Positions 7,616-16,675 of a DNA stretch of 33,920 bases are shown piece by piece (positions within the stretch are counted from its first letter, which is position 1; each line of letters starts with the position of its first letter). The DNA lies in assembly GCA_051005515.1 (NCBI GenBank), contig JBPCJG010000106.1:1-33920 (forward strand), given 5' to 3'. The DNA is from Longimicrobiaceae bacterium (GTDB lineage Bacteria > Gemmatimonadota > Gemmatimonadetes > Longimicrobiales > Longimicrobiaceae). Position numbers and translations under genes: made by a program. The notes below the pieces were generated by a model. It did not search any database. It saw only the letters and a list, made by a program, of their open reading frames with translations, and was not told the DNA's origin.

Positions 7616-8335
7616 GTGAACCGGCGCCTCCGCTCGCTGCTGGTGGTGCTGCTGGGATGCAGCGTCGCCGCGGTCTGCGTGGCGTTGGGTTTCTGGCAGC
7701 TCGACCGCCTGGCGCAGCGGCGCGCCCGCAATGCGGCAGCGCGCAGCGCGCTTGCCCTCCCCCCGCTCGTCCTCGATTCCGCCGCGCTCGCGGCCGTCGC
7801 AGCGGGCGGCAACCCGCTCGTCGGCCGGCGCGTGACCGTCACCGGGAGCTACGCTCCCGCCGCCGAGGTGATCCTCCGCGGCCGCTCGCGCGACGGCTGG
7901 CCCGGCGTACACCTCGTTACCCCGTTCCGGGTGACCGGCACCCGCTGGACCCTCTGGGTCGACCGCGGCTGGGTACCCGCCGCCGACGGAGCCAACCCCG
8001 AATCGCCGCACCCTCCGCCCTCCGGCCGCGTCCGGCTCGCCGGACTGCTGGGCACCCTGTCCGGTGCGGGAGGGGCGGAACCGCTGCGTCCGTCGGCCGA
8101 TGCAACCGTGAGCGTTCGCCGACTCGATGTGGCGGACCTCGCGCCGAGGACGCCCGGCGTGCTCGTTCCCCTGGTCGTGGAGCGCCTCGGGGATACCCTC
8201 GGGGCTTCCCCCCTCCCCGCGCGCCTGCCCGACCTGGGGAACGGTCCCCATCTCGGCTACGCCGTGCAGTGGTTCGCCTTCGCCTCCATCGCCCTGGGAG
8301 GGAGCGTGCTCCTGGCCCGCCAACGTCCGCGCTAA
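7616..8335 (+). CDS. SURF1 family protein (cytochrome oxidase assembly)
   Basis: 239 aa with a GTG start. N-terminal TM plus 'LGFWQLDRLAQRRARNA', and C-terminal 'HLGYAVQWFAFASIAL', both characteristic of SURF1/Shy1. Confidence 0.75.
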   Translation: MNRRLRSLLVVLLGCSVAAVCVALGFWQLDRLAQRRARNAAARSALALPPLVLDSAALAAVAAGGNPLVGRRVTVTGSYAPAAEVILRGRSRDGWPGVHLVTPFRVTGTRWTLWVDRGWVPAADGANPESPHPPPSGRVRLAGLLGTLSGAGGAEPLRPSADATVSVRRLDVADLAPRTPGVLVPLVVERLGDTLGASPLPARLPDLGNGPHLGYAVQWFAFASIALGGSVLLARQRPR

Positions 8336-8447
8336 ATGTTTATCGCCCGGTGTACATCTTGCACCGTCCCGCTGCCATGAGCCGGCGACGGCGCGGCGCG
8401 CCCGTGGTCGGTGTCAGATCAACCCGAAAGCAAAGGAGGAACGGCAG

Positions 8448-9347
8448 ATGGCACGCAACTACGGAGAGGACTACGACCGGGGCGGGTACGGCGGACGCGG
8501 CGACTACGGAGGCGACTACAGCGGAGGGATGTCGCGCGGGTATCGCTCCAGCGGCGGCGACGTATACGGCGGCAGTGGCGGGTACGGCTCTTACGGCGGC
8601 TTGGGCAGCTCGAGCGGGTACGGCGGCGGCGGCGGCATGTACGGCCGCGGCTACGGCTACGAGGGTGGTGGCTACGGCGGCGGCCGGTACGGTGAAGGCG
8701 ACTACGGCGCCCGGTACGGCGGCGGCCGCGGATACGGCGGGTACGGGTACGGAGCCGGCGGAGGTTCCATGGAAGGCCGCGGCAGCTACGGCGGGTATCC
8801 GGAACGGTACCGCTCGGGGTACGGGGTGGACTACGGCTTCGGCGGCTGGCAGGAAGAAGACGGCGGAGAAAACGAGCGGGTGCGAGTGTCCGGCCTGATG
8901 ACCTCCGATCCGGAAACCGTCACCGGCGACGCGACCCTCGCGGAAGCCGCGCAGAAGATGCGCGACCTGAACGTGGGGATCATCCCGGTGGTGGAAAGCG
9001 CCAAGAACAAGCGCCTCAAGGGTGTGATCACCGACCGCGACATCGCGGTGCGGGCGGTCGCCGAAGGCAAGGACGGCAACACCAAGGTGTCCGAATGCAT
9101 GACGAGCGACGTCAGCACCTGCAACCAGAACGATTCGGTGGGCGACGTGCTGCGGGTGATGCAGGAAGAGCAGGTTCGCCGCGTCCCGATCACCGACCGC
9201 GAGAACCGGCTGGTCGGCATCGTCGCGCAGGCGGACGTCGCGGCAGACTGGGGCGGGGGGGACGACAACGGACGCGACCAGCGCGTGGCCGAAACTCTGG
9301 AAGACATCTCCGAGCCGGCGCGGCCGTCGCGCGGGCGTCGCGGCTAG
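8448..9347 (+). CDS. CBS-pair domain protein with a roughly 140-aa Gly/Tyr/Arg-rich low-complexity N-terminal region
   Basis: ATG 8448 preceded by AAGGAGGA. Residues 1 to about 140 are GY/GGY/RGY repeats. The C-terminal half 'LMTSDPETVTGDATLAEAAQKMRDLNVGIIPVV...GVITDRDIAVR...RRVPITDRENRLVGIVAQADV' is a canonical CBS pair. Confidence 0.8.
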   Translation: MARNYGEDYDRGGYGGRGDYGGDYSGGMSRGYRSSGGDVYGGSGGYGSYGGLGSSSGYGGGGGMYGRGYGYEGGGYGGGRYGEGDYGARYGGGRGYGGYGYGAGGGSMEGRGSYGGYPERYRSGYGVDYGFGGWQEEDGGENERVRVSGLMTSDPETVTGDATLAEAAQKMRDLNVGIIPVVESAKNKRLKGVITDRDIAVRAVAEGKDGNTKVSECMTSDVSTCNQNDSVGDVLRVMQEEQVRRVPITDRENRLVGIVAQADVAADWGGGDDNGRDQRVAETLEDISEPARPSRGRRG

Positions 9348-9359
9348 TTTCCGCGATTT

Positions 9360-9389
9360 CCGCTCAGGGAGCGGGCGCTCCCTGAGCGG
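9360..9389. terminator. Bidirectional stem-loop between the convergent CBS and ccdA genes
   Basis: CCGCTCAGGGAGCG-gg-CGCTCCCTGAGCGG, 14 complementary positions. It starts 13 nt after the CBS stop and ends 11 nt from the ccdA stop. No U-tract follows. Confidence 0.5.
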
Positions 9390-9399
9390 AGCCGCTCAC

Positions 9400-10146
9400 T
9401 CAGAGCCGCTGTAGCAGCGCCTCCGGCGTCATCCGCACCAGGACCGCCGTGAGGGCGCTGAACGCCCCCGTCAGCATCAGCGCTCCCACCCCGATCAGCA
9501 GGACCCCGCTCGCACGGCTCACCCAGGGCAGATAGCGGCGCACCCTGCCGAAGCCGCTCAGGAAGCGTCCCAGCAGCAGCGTGGCTAGCAGGAAGGGGAC
9601 GGCCAGCCCGGCGGAGTACGCCGCGAGCAGGCCTACTCCTTCCGCCACCCCGCCGCGCGTCGCGGCGAGGGTGAGGATCCCTCCCAGCACCGGTCCGATG
9701 CAAGGCGTCCAGCCGGCGCCGAACGCCACGCCCACCACGAAGCTCCCCACGATCCCCAGCGGTTTCTCCGCCAGGTGGACGCGCCATTCGCGGCTCGCGC
9801 CGGGGATGCGGAAGACGCCGAGCAGGGAAAGTCCGAGGAGGATCAGAAGCACGCCCCCGATCCGTTCCAGGACGCCGCTCGCGAAGGCGAAGAGGGATCC
9901 CAGAAACGTCACCGAAGCGCCCAGCACGATGAAGACGGCGGAGAAGCCGAGCACGAACGCCATTCCGTGAGCAGCGACCGCGCGGCGCGTCCGCGCCCGG
10001 GGCCGCTCCTCCGCGGTGAGCTGCCCGACCGTCATCCCGGTGAGAAAGGTGGCGTAGCTCGGCACCAGCGGGAGCACGCAGGGGGAGAGAAAGCTCAGCA
10101 CCCCTGCCGAGAACGCCACCAGCCACCCCAGAGATTCGCCTTGCAT
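9400..10146 (-). CDS. ccdA: Cytochrome c biogenesis thiol-disulfide transporter CcdA (DsbD family)
   Basis: 248-aa polytopic membrane ORF with 'FLSPCVLPLVPSY' and 'GWTPCIGPVLG' motifs. Confidence 0.85.
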   Translation of the reverse strand: MQGESLGWLVAFSAGVLSFLSPCVLPLVPSYATFLTGMTVGQLTAEERPRARTRRAVAAHGMAFVLGFSAVFIVLGASVTFLGSLFAFASGVLERIGGVLLILLGLSLLGVFRIPGASREWRVHLAEKPLGIVGSFVVGVAFGAGWTPCIGPVLGGILTLAATRGGVAEGVGLLAAYSAGLAVPFLLATLLLGRFLSGFGRVRRYLPWVSRASGVLLIGVGALMLTGAFSALTAVLVRMTPEALLQRL

Positions 10147-10153
10147 GGTGCTT

Positions 10154-10185
10154 CCGGAACCCGGTCGCGCCCGCGCGGGTTCCGG
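10154..10185 (-). terminator. Stem-loop after the nitronate monooxygenase gene
   Basis: CCGGAACCCG...(12 nt)...CGGGTTCCGG, a 10-bp stem lying between the stop at 10190 and the ccdA start at 10146. Confidence 0.4.
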
Positions 10186-10189
10186 CGTC

Positions 10190-11671
10190 TCAGCTCGCGG
10201 AGGAAACCTCGAGCAGGGGCTCGGCCGCGGCGGGCTCCGCGATCCCGGAGAGCAGGTAGTCGATCACGTCGCCGGCGGAGTACTCCGTGCGCTCACCCAG
10301 AAAGCGGCGGATGCGCACGAGGTCGTCGCCGCTGGTGAGCAGTGGCTTTTCCGCTTCGCCGTCGGCGCGGATCTGTCCGTATCCGAGGTCGGCCATGAGC
10401 GCATTGCACAGGCATTTGCGGCCCGCCGTCTCGGCGATGTCGCCCCCCTTCTTGCCGTAGGTGTCCACCGGTTCGGCGGGGCAGCGGTACGACACTCGAC
10501 CGGTATCCGCCTTGTACGCCGTGCGCAGGTAACCGAGGTCGCAGATCCGCTCCCGCCGCTGGTAGACGGCGTCTTCGGAAATCGTGCCGCCGAGCTGGAC
10601 CACCTTGAAGGGGAAGCCCGTGGGCGAGGCGCGGTTGTCGGTGAGGACGTCGAGCTCGCCTCCGGAGTGGGCGATCTCGACCACCCGCTCCTTGTGTTCG
10701 TCGCGCAGGCCCGATTCGCGGGAGTAGGCGAAGAGGGTGCCGACCTGCACGCCCGCCGCACCGGCCTCCAGCACCTCGCGGAGCCGTTCGGGCGCTCCCG
10801 CTCCCCCCGCGATCCAGAAGGGGAGGCCGAGCTCCGCCAGCTTATCCAGGTCCACCACGTCGCGCTGGCCGTAGACCGGCTCTCCGCGCTCGTTGAGCTC
10901 GAGGTCGCCCCGGGGAGGAGCGTTGTGGCCGCCGGCGGTCGGCCCTTCGATTACGAAGCCGTCGACCCGCCCATTTGCCTTGCGCGACAGCATCGTGGCG
11001 AGCGAGTTGGACGCGACGATGGGGAAGAAGAAGGGCCGCTTCAGCGGCGGCGGAGTCCCCTCCCAATGGATGCGCGGGTCGAAGCGGAGGTACTCCGCCT
11101 CACCCCGCTCCAGGCCCTCTACCTCGAACTTGAGCGAAGCCGGCTCCTGGCGCGAAAACCGGTCGAGCACGCCGGGGATCTCCTTGGGGATTCCGGCGCC
11201 CATGAGCACGTAGTCGACCCCGGCGAGCATGGCGCCGTAGAGTGAATCGAGGTTGGGCATCTGGACCTTGGTCAGCAGGTTGATGCCGACGAGTCCGTCG
11301 TGCCCTTCCTTGGCGAGCCACACCTCGACGAAGTTGGCGGCCATGGTGAGCTGCTGCCGCACCTTGCCCACGACCTGCTTGTACATCGGAACCGGTCTGT
11401 AGGGCGTCCCTTCCGGCCTCCCTTCGGGCAGGAAGTAGCGCTTCAGGATCTCTGCGGCGGCGTCCGGGATGGGAAACTCCGCGAGCGCGCGGCGCAGGTG
11501 TCCGCCGACGTCGCCGTCCTGTAACCGGCGGACGAAGAGCGAATCGAGTGCGGTTCCCGACACCACGCCGAGCTGGCCGCGCATGGCGACGGCCTTGGCC
11601 AGAACCCAGTCTGAGACGCCGACTCCCATCCCGCCCTGGATGATCGTCGGATGTTCGCTGCTGGTGGTCAT
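10190..11671 (-). CDS. Nitronate monooxygenase (2-nitropropane dioxygenase/NPD) family FMN oxidoreductase, long form
   Basis: ATG at 11671 in track ORF 10190..11929 gives 493 aa ('MTTSSEHPTIIQGGMGVGVS...'). TIM-barrel NMO motifs ('IAGGAGAPERL', 'GAAGVQVGTLF'). Confidence 0.75.
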   Translation of the reverse strand: MTTSSEHPTIIQGGMGVGVSDWVLAKAVAMRGQLGVVSGTALDSLFVRRLQDGDVGGHLRRALAEFPIPDAAAEILKRYFLPEGRPEGTPYRPVPMYKQVVGKVRQQLTMAANFVEVWLAKEGHDGLVGINLLTKVQMPNLDSLYGAMLAGVDYVLMGAGIPKEIPGVLDRFSRQEPASLKFEVEGLERGEAEYLRFDPRIHWEGTPPPLKRPFFFPIVASNSLATMLSRKANGRVDGFVIEGPTAGGHNAPPRGDLELNERGEPVYGQRDVVDLDKLAELGLPFWIAGGAGAPERLREVLEAGAAGVQVGTLFAYSRESGLRDEHKERVVEIAHSGGELDVLTDNRASPTGFPFKVVQLGGTISEDAVYQRRERICDLGYLRTAYKADTGRVSYRCPAEPVDTYGKKGGDIAETAGRKCLCNALMADLGYGQIRADGEAEKPLLTSGDDLVRIRRFLGERTEYSAGDVIDYLLSGIAEPAAAEPLLEVSSAS

Positions 11672-11856
11672 AACGGTATGTGGTGGAACGGGGCAGGAGA
11701 GAAAAGGGCAATAAACGGACCTCGCAGGGGGCAACGCCTTGCGCGGGACCGGGTTGGTCTCCGGCACGGTTGCTTGCCGCCGCGCGGCACCGGCGGGTAT
11801 CTTGGCGGCGCGGTTCCGCCCGTCTCCATACCGACTCCGCGCAGAAACGTTTCCCG

Positions 11857-12666
11857 ATGCCCGAGCTCGCGCCCGCCACCCTCGAAGGGTGGTACGCGCT
11901 CCATCAGGCGTTCGACACGGACCGGACACGCGTCCGCTCCGGAGCCGACCTCGCCGCCTCCACCCGCGCTCTCTGGCAGCGGCTCGCCGCCCCCGCGGAC
12001 GGCGGCTGGAGCGCGGCGTTCCGGCTGGTGGGGGGAGGGGCCGAGTGGCTCTTCCTCCACTTCCGCCCCACCCTCGAGCAGCTCGCGGAGGTGCAGCGCT
12101 CGCTGCGCTGCTCCGATCTGGGGAGCGTGCTCATCCCCCGCTTCGACTACCTTTCGGTGACGGAGGCGGGGTTGTACCATGCCACCGCCGAAGTCGCCGC
12201 GCGCCACGCCCCCGACTCCGCGGAGTACGCGGACGAAATCGCCGAGCGGAGGGCGGCGGAGGGGGCGAGCGACCACGTCCGCAGCCGGCTCTATCCGCGG
12301 GTCCCGGATGACATGCGCTACGTTTCCTTCTACCCCATGAGCAAGCGGCGGACGGGTGCCGACAACTGGTACACGCTGCCGGTCGCGGAGCGCTCCCGGC
12401 TGATGCGCGGTCACGGCCTGACCGGCCGCCGCTACGCGGGAAGGATCTTCCAGGTCATCACGGGCTCGGTCGGTTTCGACGACTGGGAGTGGGGAGTGAC
12501 GCTCTTCGCCCGAGACCCGCTGGAGTTCAAGCGCATCGTCACCGAAATGCGCTACGACGACGCCAGCGCCCGCTACGGCGAGTTCGGCCGCTTCTTCACC
12601 GGGATCAGGATCGAGCCGCGGGAGTGGACGCGCCTGCTCGCGGCTCCCGGCGCGGCTGGCCGCTGA
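11857..12666 (+). CDS. Chlorite dismutase family protein, probably coproheme decarboxylase (HemQ/ChdC)
   Basis: ATG 11857 in track ORF 11680..12666. 'SFYPMSKRRTGADNWYTLPVAERSRLMRGHG...ITGSVGFDDWEWGVTLFARDPLEFKRIVTEMRYDDASARY' is characteristic of the Cld/HemQ family. I cannot separate Cld from HemQ by eye. Confidence 0.7.
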   Translation: MPELAPATLEGWYALHQAFDTDRTRVRSGADLAASTRALWQRLAAPADGGWSAAFRLVGGGAEWLFLHFRPTLEQLAEVQRSLRCSDLGSVLIPRFDYLSVTEAGLYHATAEVAARHAPDSAEYADEIAERRAAEGASDHVRSRLYPRVPDDMRYVSFYPMSKRRTGADNWYTLPVAERSRLMRGHGLTGRRYAGRIFQVITGSVGFDDWEWGVTLFARDPLEFKRIVTEMRYDDASARYGEFGRFFTGIRIEPREWTRLLAAPGAAGR

Positions 12667-12692
12667 GACCGGCGGGGGATACCTTGCGCGCC

Positions 12693-13478
12693 ATGCATCC
12701 CAGCCTGAGGCAGCCGTTCGCAGCAGTGGGGGGCGCCACACTCGGCGCTTTCGCCGCGATGGGGCGCTTCGGCCACTTCGTGGGGCAGAGTGGCAAGGCG
12801 CTGCTGGACGTCCCCACCTGGGCGCCGCTGCTGATCACGCAGATGCGGCGGCTGGGGGTGAACTCCATTCCCATCGCGCTCTTCATCGCTGCCTTCACCG
12901 GCATCGTGCTCGCCCTGCAGGCGTCGTACACCTTCACCGGCGCGGTGCCGCTCTACTTCGTGGGCACCCTGGTCGGCAAGACCATGATCCTGGAGCTGGG
13001 CCCGGTGCTCACCGGGCTCGCCCTTTCCGGGCGGGTCGGCGCCAACATCGCGGCGGAGCTCGGCACCATGCGCGTTTCCGAGCAGATCGACGCCCTCGAG
13101 ACGATGGCGTACAACCCGGTTTCCTACCTCGTGGTCCCGCGCATCCTCGCCGGCACTCTGATGTTCCCGCTGGTGGTGGCCTTTTCCGACGTGATCGGAG
13201 TCATCGCCGGGTGGATCACGGCGCTCAACCTGCTGGGCATGTCGAGCACGCAGTTCCTCTACGGGCTGCGCCTCTTCTACGACCCCTTCGACGTCACCTA
13301 CTCGCTCATCAAGGCCACCTCGTTCGGCTTTCTCGTCACGCTGATCGGCTGCCACCAGGGCTTCACCACCACCGGGGGAGCGGAGGGCGTCGGAATCGCG
13401 ACCACGCGGGCGGTGGTCATCGCGAGCATGCTCATCCTGGTGTTCGACGCGTTCTGGGCGGCGGTGCTGCTGAAGTGA
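12693..13478 (+). CDS. mlaE: MlaE-family ABC transporter permease
   Basis: ATG 12693 in track ORF 12489..13478. 'GPVLTGLALSGRVGANIAAELGTMRVSEQIDALETMAYNP' is the conserved MlaE/Ttg2B core. Confidence 0.85.
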   Translation: MHPSLRQPFAAVGGATLGAFAAMGRFGHFVGQSGKALLDVPTWAPLLITQMRRLGVNSIPIALFIAAFTGIVLALQASYTFTGAVPLYFVGTLVGKTMILELGPVLTGLALSGRVGANIAAELGTMRVSEQIDALETMAYNPVSYLVVPRILAGTLMFPLVVAFSDVIGVIAGWITALNLLGMSSTQFLYGLRLFYDPFDVTYSLIKATSFGFLVTLIGCHQGFTTTGGAEGVGIATTRAVVIASMLILVFDAFWAAVLLK

Positions 13479-14248
13479 GCATCGAGCTCAAGGACGTGCA
13501 CAAATCCTTTGGCGAAAAGGAGGTGCTGCGCGGCGTCTCCCTGGAGGTCGGGGACGGACAGACCTTTTCGATCATCGGCTTCAGCGGCGCCGGGAAGTCG
13601 ATGACGCTGAAACACATTGCCGGCCTGGTAGAGCCGGACTCCGGGAGCGTGATGGTGGACGGGATGGACGTCCCGCGCCTCGCCCGCGAAAAATTGTACG
13701 AGCTGCGCCGCCAGATGGGGTACGTCTTCCAGTTCGCGGCGCTCTTCGACTCCATGACGATCTTTGAAAACATCGCCATGGGGCTGCGCAAACAGGGCGG
13801 CTTCTCGGAGGAGCAGATCCGCGAGCGGGTTGCGGATTCACTGGGTCGCGTCGATCTCGACGGCTACGAGGACCGGCTGCCGTCGGAACTGTCGGGGGGT
13901 CAGCAGAAGCGGGCCGGCCTGGCGCGGGCGGTGGCCTTCCGCCCCCGCTACCTGCTCTACGACGAGCCCACCAGCGGACTGGATCCGGTCACCACCACCA
14001 CCATCGACCGGCTGATCCGGAAGATGCAGGAGGATCTAGGCGCCACCTCGCTCGTGGTCACGCACGACATGGAGAGCGCCTACCGCATCAGCGACCGGAT
14101 CGGGATGCTGTACGAGGGGAGGATCGTGGAAGCGGGCACACCCGAGGAGATCCAGCAGACGGAGAACCCGATAGTCCGCGGCTTCATCGACGGCAAACCG
14201 GAGCTGGTAGAGCAGGCGGAGAAAGAGCACGCCGGGGCGGGAGCGTGA
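13475..14248 (+). CDS. mlaF: MlaF-like ABC transporter ATP-binding protein
   Basis: GTG 13475 overlaps the mlaE stop (GTGA). Walker A 'GFSGAGKSM', signature 'LSGGQQKR', Walker B 'LLYDEPTSGLD'. Confidence 0.85.
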   Translation: MSIELKDVHKSFGEKEVLRGVSLEVGDGQTFSIIGFSGAGKSMTLKHIAGLVEPDSGSVMVDGMDVPRLAREKLYELRRQMGYVFQFAALFDSMTIFENIAMGLRKQGGFSEEQIRERVADSLGRVDLDGYEDRLPSELSGGQQKRAGLARAVAFRPRYLLYDEPTSGLDPVTTTTIDRLIRKMQEDLGATSLVVTHDMESAYRISDRIGMLYEGRIVEAGTPEEIQQTENPIVRGFIDGKPELVEQAEKEHAGAGA

Positions 14249-14301
14249 CGCGCCGGATCCACCTCACACGCATGAACGAGTCACCGCAATGAGGTTTGCC
14301 C

Positions 14302-15399
14302 ATGAAGTATAAGAATGAAGTGGTGGTCGGCGTAGTGGTGGTCCTCGGCATCATCATCGTCGCCGTCGGGGCGTACTGGCTGACGGGCCGCGCCTGGGGC
14401 GGACAGCAGCGGGAGATCGTGGCCAGCTTCCGCCAGGTGGGGCTGCTCACCGAGGGCAACCCCGTCAACTATCGCGGCGTGCAGGTAGGACGCATCGAAA
14501 AGATCCAGCTCGGGCCGCGCGGCGACGGCGTCTTCGTGACCATGTCGGTGCAGCCGGACCTGGTCTTCCCCGGCGACCCCGCCGTGTTGCTTTCCGCGCA
14601 GACGTTTTTCGGCGACTGGCAGGCGGAGCTCGTCTCGGAGGCGCAGTATCCCGAGCAGCAGTTCACCGTCACCACGTCTCGAGGGGTGCTTCCGGGCGCC
14701 GCCCTCCCCGACATCACCCAGCTCACGGCGGTTGCAGCCCGTATCGCGGGTGACCTCGAAATCCTCTCCAGCCGCGTGCAGATCGCCTTCACAGAGGAAA
14801 CCGCGGTCAAGATCCGCGAGGCGGTCGAGAACTTCGCGGAAGCCAGCCAGCAGATCGGCGGTTTCGTCGACCAGCAGACCGGGACGTACGCGCAGGTGTC
14901 GCGCAACGTGCTCGCGGCTTCGGACAACTTCCGCCGCACCACCGAAAGCGCGAACCAAGTGATGAACGAGCTGGGCCAGACCGTTTCGGGAGGCGAGGTC
15001 AAGCAGATCCTCGCGAACGCACAGCAGGCGAGCGCGAACCTCGAGCAGTTGAGCGCGCAGCTCAACTCGCCCACCACCGGCGTTCCCACCCTGATGGCCC
15101 GCGCCGACACCACGCTCGCCGCGTTCGGGCAGACGGCGCAGGTAGCGGGCGGGGTGCTGCAGAACCTCAGCACCCAGACGGACCAGCTCGGCCCGACCCT
15201 GGTGGAGGCGCGGCAGGCGATGGCGACGCTGAACCGCATCGGCACGCAGCTGGAGCAGGGGGACGGCACCCTCGGCCGCCTGATCGAGGATCCCGCGATC
15301 TACGAGGAGATGCAGCGTTCCATCACGACGCTGCGCCGGCTGATGGCGGACATCCAGGCCAACCCCGGCAAGTACGTGGGCGCTCTGCAGGTGTTCTGA
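14302..15399 (+). CDS. mlaD: MCE/MlaD-family protein with a long helical C-terminal extension
   Basis: ATG 14302 (GAGG 8 nt upstream) in track ORF 14296..15399. N-terminal TM plus MCE domain ('[24 protein letters not shown]'), followed by about 200 aa of Q/A/L-rich helical sequence. Confidence 0.8.
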   Translation: MKYKNEVVVGVVVVLGIIIVAVGAYWLTGRAWGGQQREIVASFRQVGLLTEGNPVNYRGVQVGRIEKIQLGPRGDGVFVTMSVQPDLVFPGDPAVLLSAQTFFGDWQAELVSEAQYPEQQFTVTTSRGVLPGAALPDITQLTAVAARIAGDLEILSSRVQIAFTEETAVKIREAVENFAEASQQIGGFVDQQTGTYAQVSRNVLAASDNFRRTTESANQVMNELGQTVSGGEVKQILANAQQASANLEQLSAQLNSPTTGVPTLMARADTTLAAFGQTAQVAGGVLQNLSTQTDQLGPTLVEARQAMATLNRIGTQLEQGDGTLGRLIEDPAIYEEMQRSITTLRRLMADIQANPGKYVGALQVF

Positions 15400-15421
15400 G
15401 CCGCGGGCCGGGTCGAGCCGC

Positions 15422-16675
15422 GTGCTGGTCGTCCAGAAGTACGGCGGCAGCTCGGTGGGGACCCCCGAGCGCCTCCGCGCCGTGGCGCGGGAGGTGGTGG
15501 CGACGCGAGCGCGGGGGTGCGAGCTGGTGGTGGTGGTTTCGGCGATGGGCGACGCCACCGACGAGTTGCTGGCCCTGGCGGCGCGGGTGGCCGGCGGCGA
15601 GAGTGGAGCGCGCTGCCACCCGCGCGAGCTGGACATGCTGCTGACCGCGGGCGAGCGGATCTCGATGGCGCTGCTGGCGATCGGGATCCGCGAGGCGGGG
15701 GCGGAGGCGGTTTCGTTCACCGGGAGCCAGGCGGCGATCGTCACCGACGAAGCGCACACCGACGCCCGCATCCGCGAGATCCGGGCGGAACGTGTGCGGG
15801 AGGCGCTCGCCGCGGGGCAGATCCCCATCGTCGCGGGCTTCCAGGGCGTGAGCCGGGCCCGCGAGGTGACCACCCTCGGACGGGGAGGCTCGGACACCAC
15901 CGCCGTCGCGCTCGCCGTGGCGCTGGACGCGGATCGGTGCGAGATCCGCACCGACGTGCCGGGCGTATACACGGCGGATCCCCGCACCGTCCCTGGCGCA
16001 CGGCTGATTGACCAGATCTCGCACGAGGAAATGCTGGAGCTCGCGACCGCCGGCGCGCGCGTCGTGCATCCGCGGGCCGTCGAGATCGGCGCCCGCTTCG
16101 GGGTGGACGTCCAGGTCCGCTCCGCGCTCCCGGAAGACGCCGTGGGCGACGGCACCCTGATCACCCACACCCCCGCCCGCATGGAAGACACCCTGGTCAC
16201 GGGAATCGCGGCCTCCCCCGGCTACGCCAAGCTCGTCCAGCGCGGTTTGCCTGGTGGAATCCAGACGTTGGCGGCGCTGCTCTCGGCCCTGGCCGACGCC
16301 GGGATCAGCGTGGACATGATCACCGAATCACCCGAGCCCGGGGGAAGCGCCCAGCTCCAGTTCACGGTCGAGCAGGGGGCGCTGGAGCGGGGGCGTCAGG
16401 TCGCGTCGCAGGTCGCGGCGGGGCTGGGCGCGGGCGATCCCGAGGTGCAGGGCGGCCTTTCCCGCATCGCCCTCGTCGGCAGCGGGATGACCGGCAGGCC
16501 GGGGGTCTACGCCCGCGCCTTCGGAGCGCTTTGCGACGTGGGCGTAGAGGTGTACGGGATCTCGACCTCTTCCATCTCCATCACCCTGCTCGTCGCGGGC
16601 GACGACGAGCAGCGGGCGGTCGAGGCGCTGCACGGCGCCTTTTTCGCCGAGATCGCGCGTTCCACGGAGGGCTGA
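15422..16675 (+). CDS. lysC: Aspartate kinase
   Basis: 417 aa with a GTG start. '[11 protein letters not shown]' kinase motif and C-terminal ACT domains. Confidence 0.9.
   Translation: MLVVQKYGGSSVGTPERLRAVAREVVATRARGCELVVVVSAMGDATDELLALAARVAGGESGARCHPRELDMLLTAGERISMALLAIGIREAGAEAVSFTGSQAAIVTDEAHTDARIREIRAERVREALAAGQIPIVAGFQGVSRAREVTTLGRGGSDTTAVALAVALDADRCEIRTDVPGVYTADPRTVPGARLIDQISHEEMLELATAGARVVHPRAVEIGARFGVDVQVRSALPEDAVGDGTLITHTPARMEDTLVTGIAASPGYAKLVQRGLPGGIQTLAALLSALADAGISVDMITESPEPGGSAQLQFTVEQGALERGRQVASQVAAGLGAGDPEVQGGLSRIALVGSGMTGRPGVYARAFGALCDVGVEVYGISTSSISITLLVAGDDEQRAVEALHGAFFAEIARSTEG

Noticed and set aside
8411-8695. 94-aa Arg-rich alternative-frame ORF across the GY-repeat DNA.
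   Set aside because: It is a frame shadow of the repetitive GGC/TAC codons. The GY frame has the strong ribosome-binding site and continues into a bona fide CBS pair.
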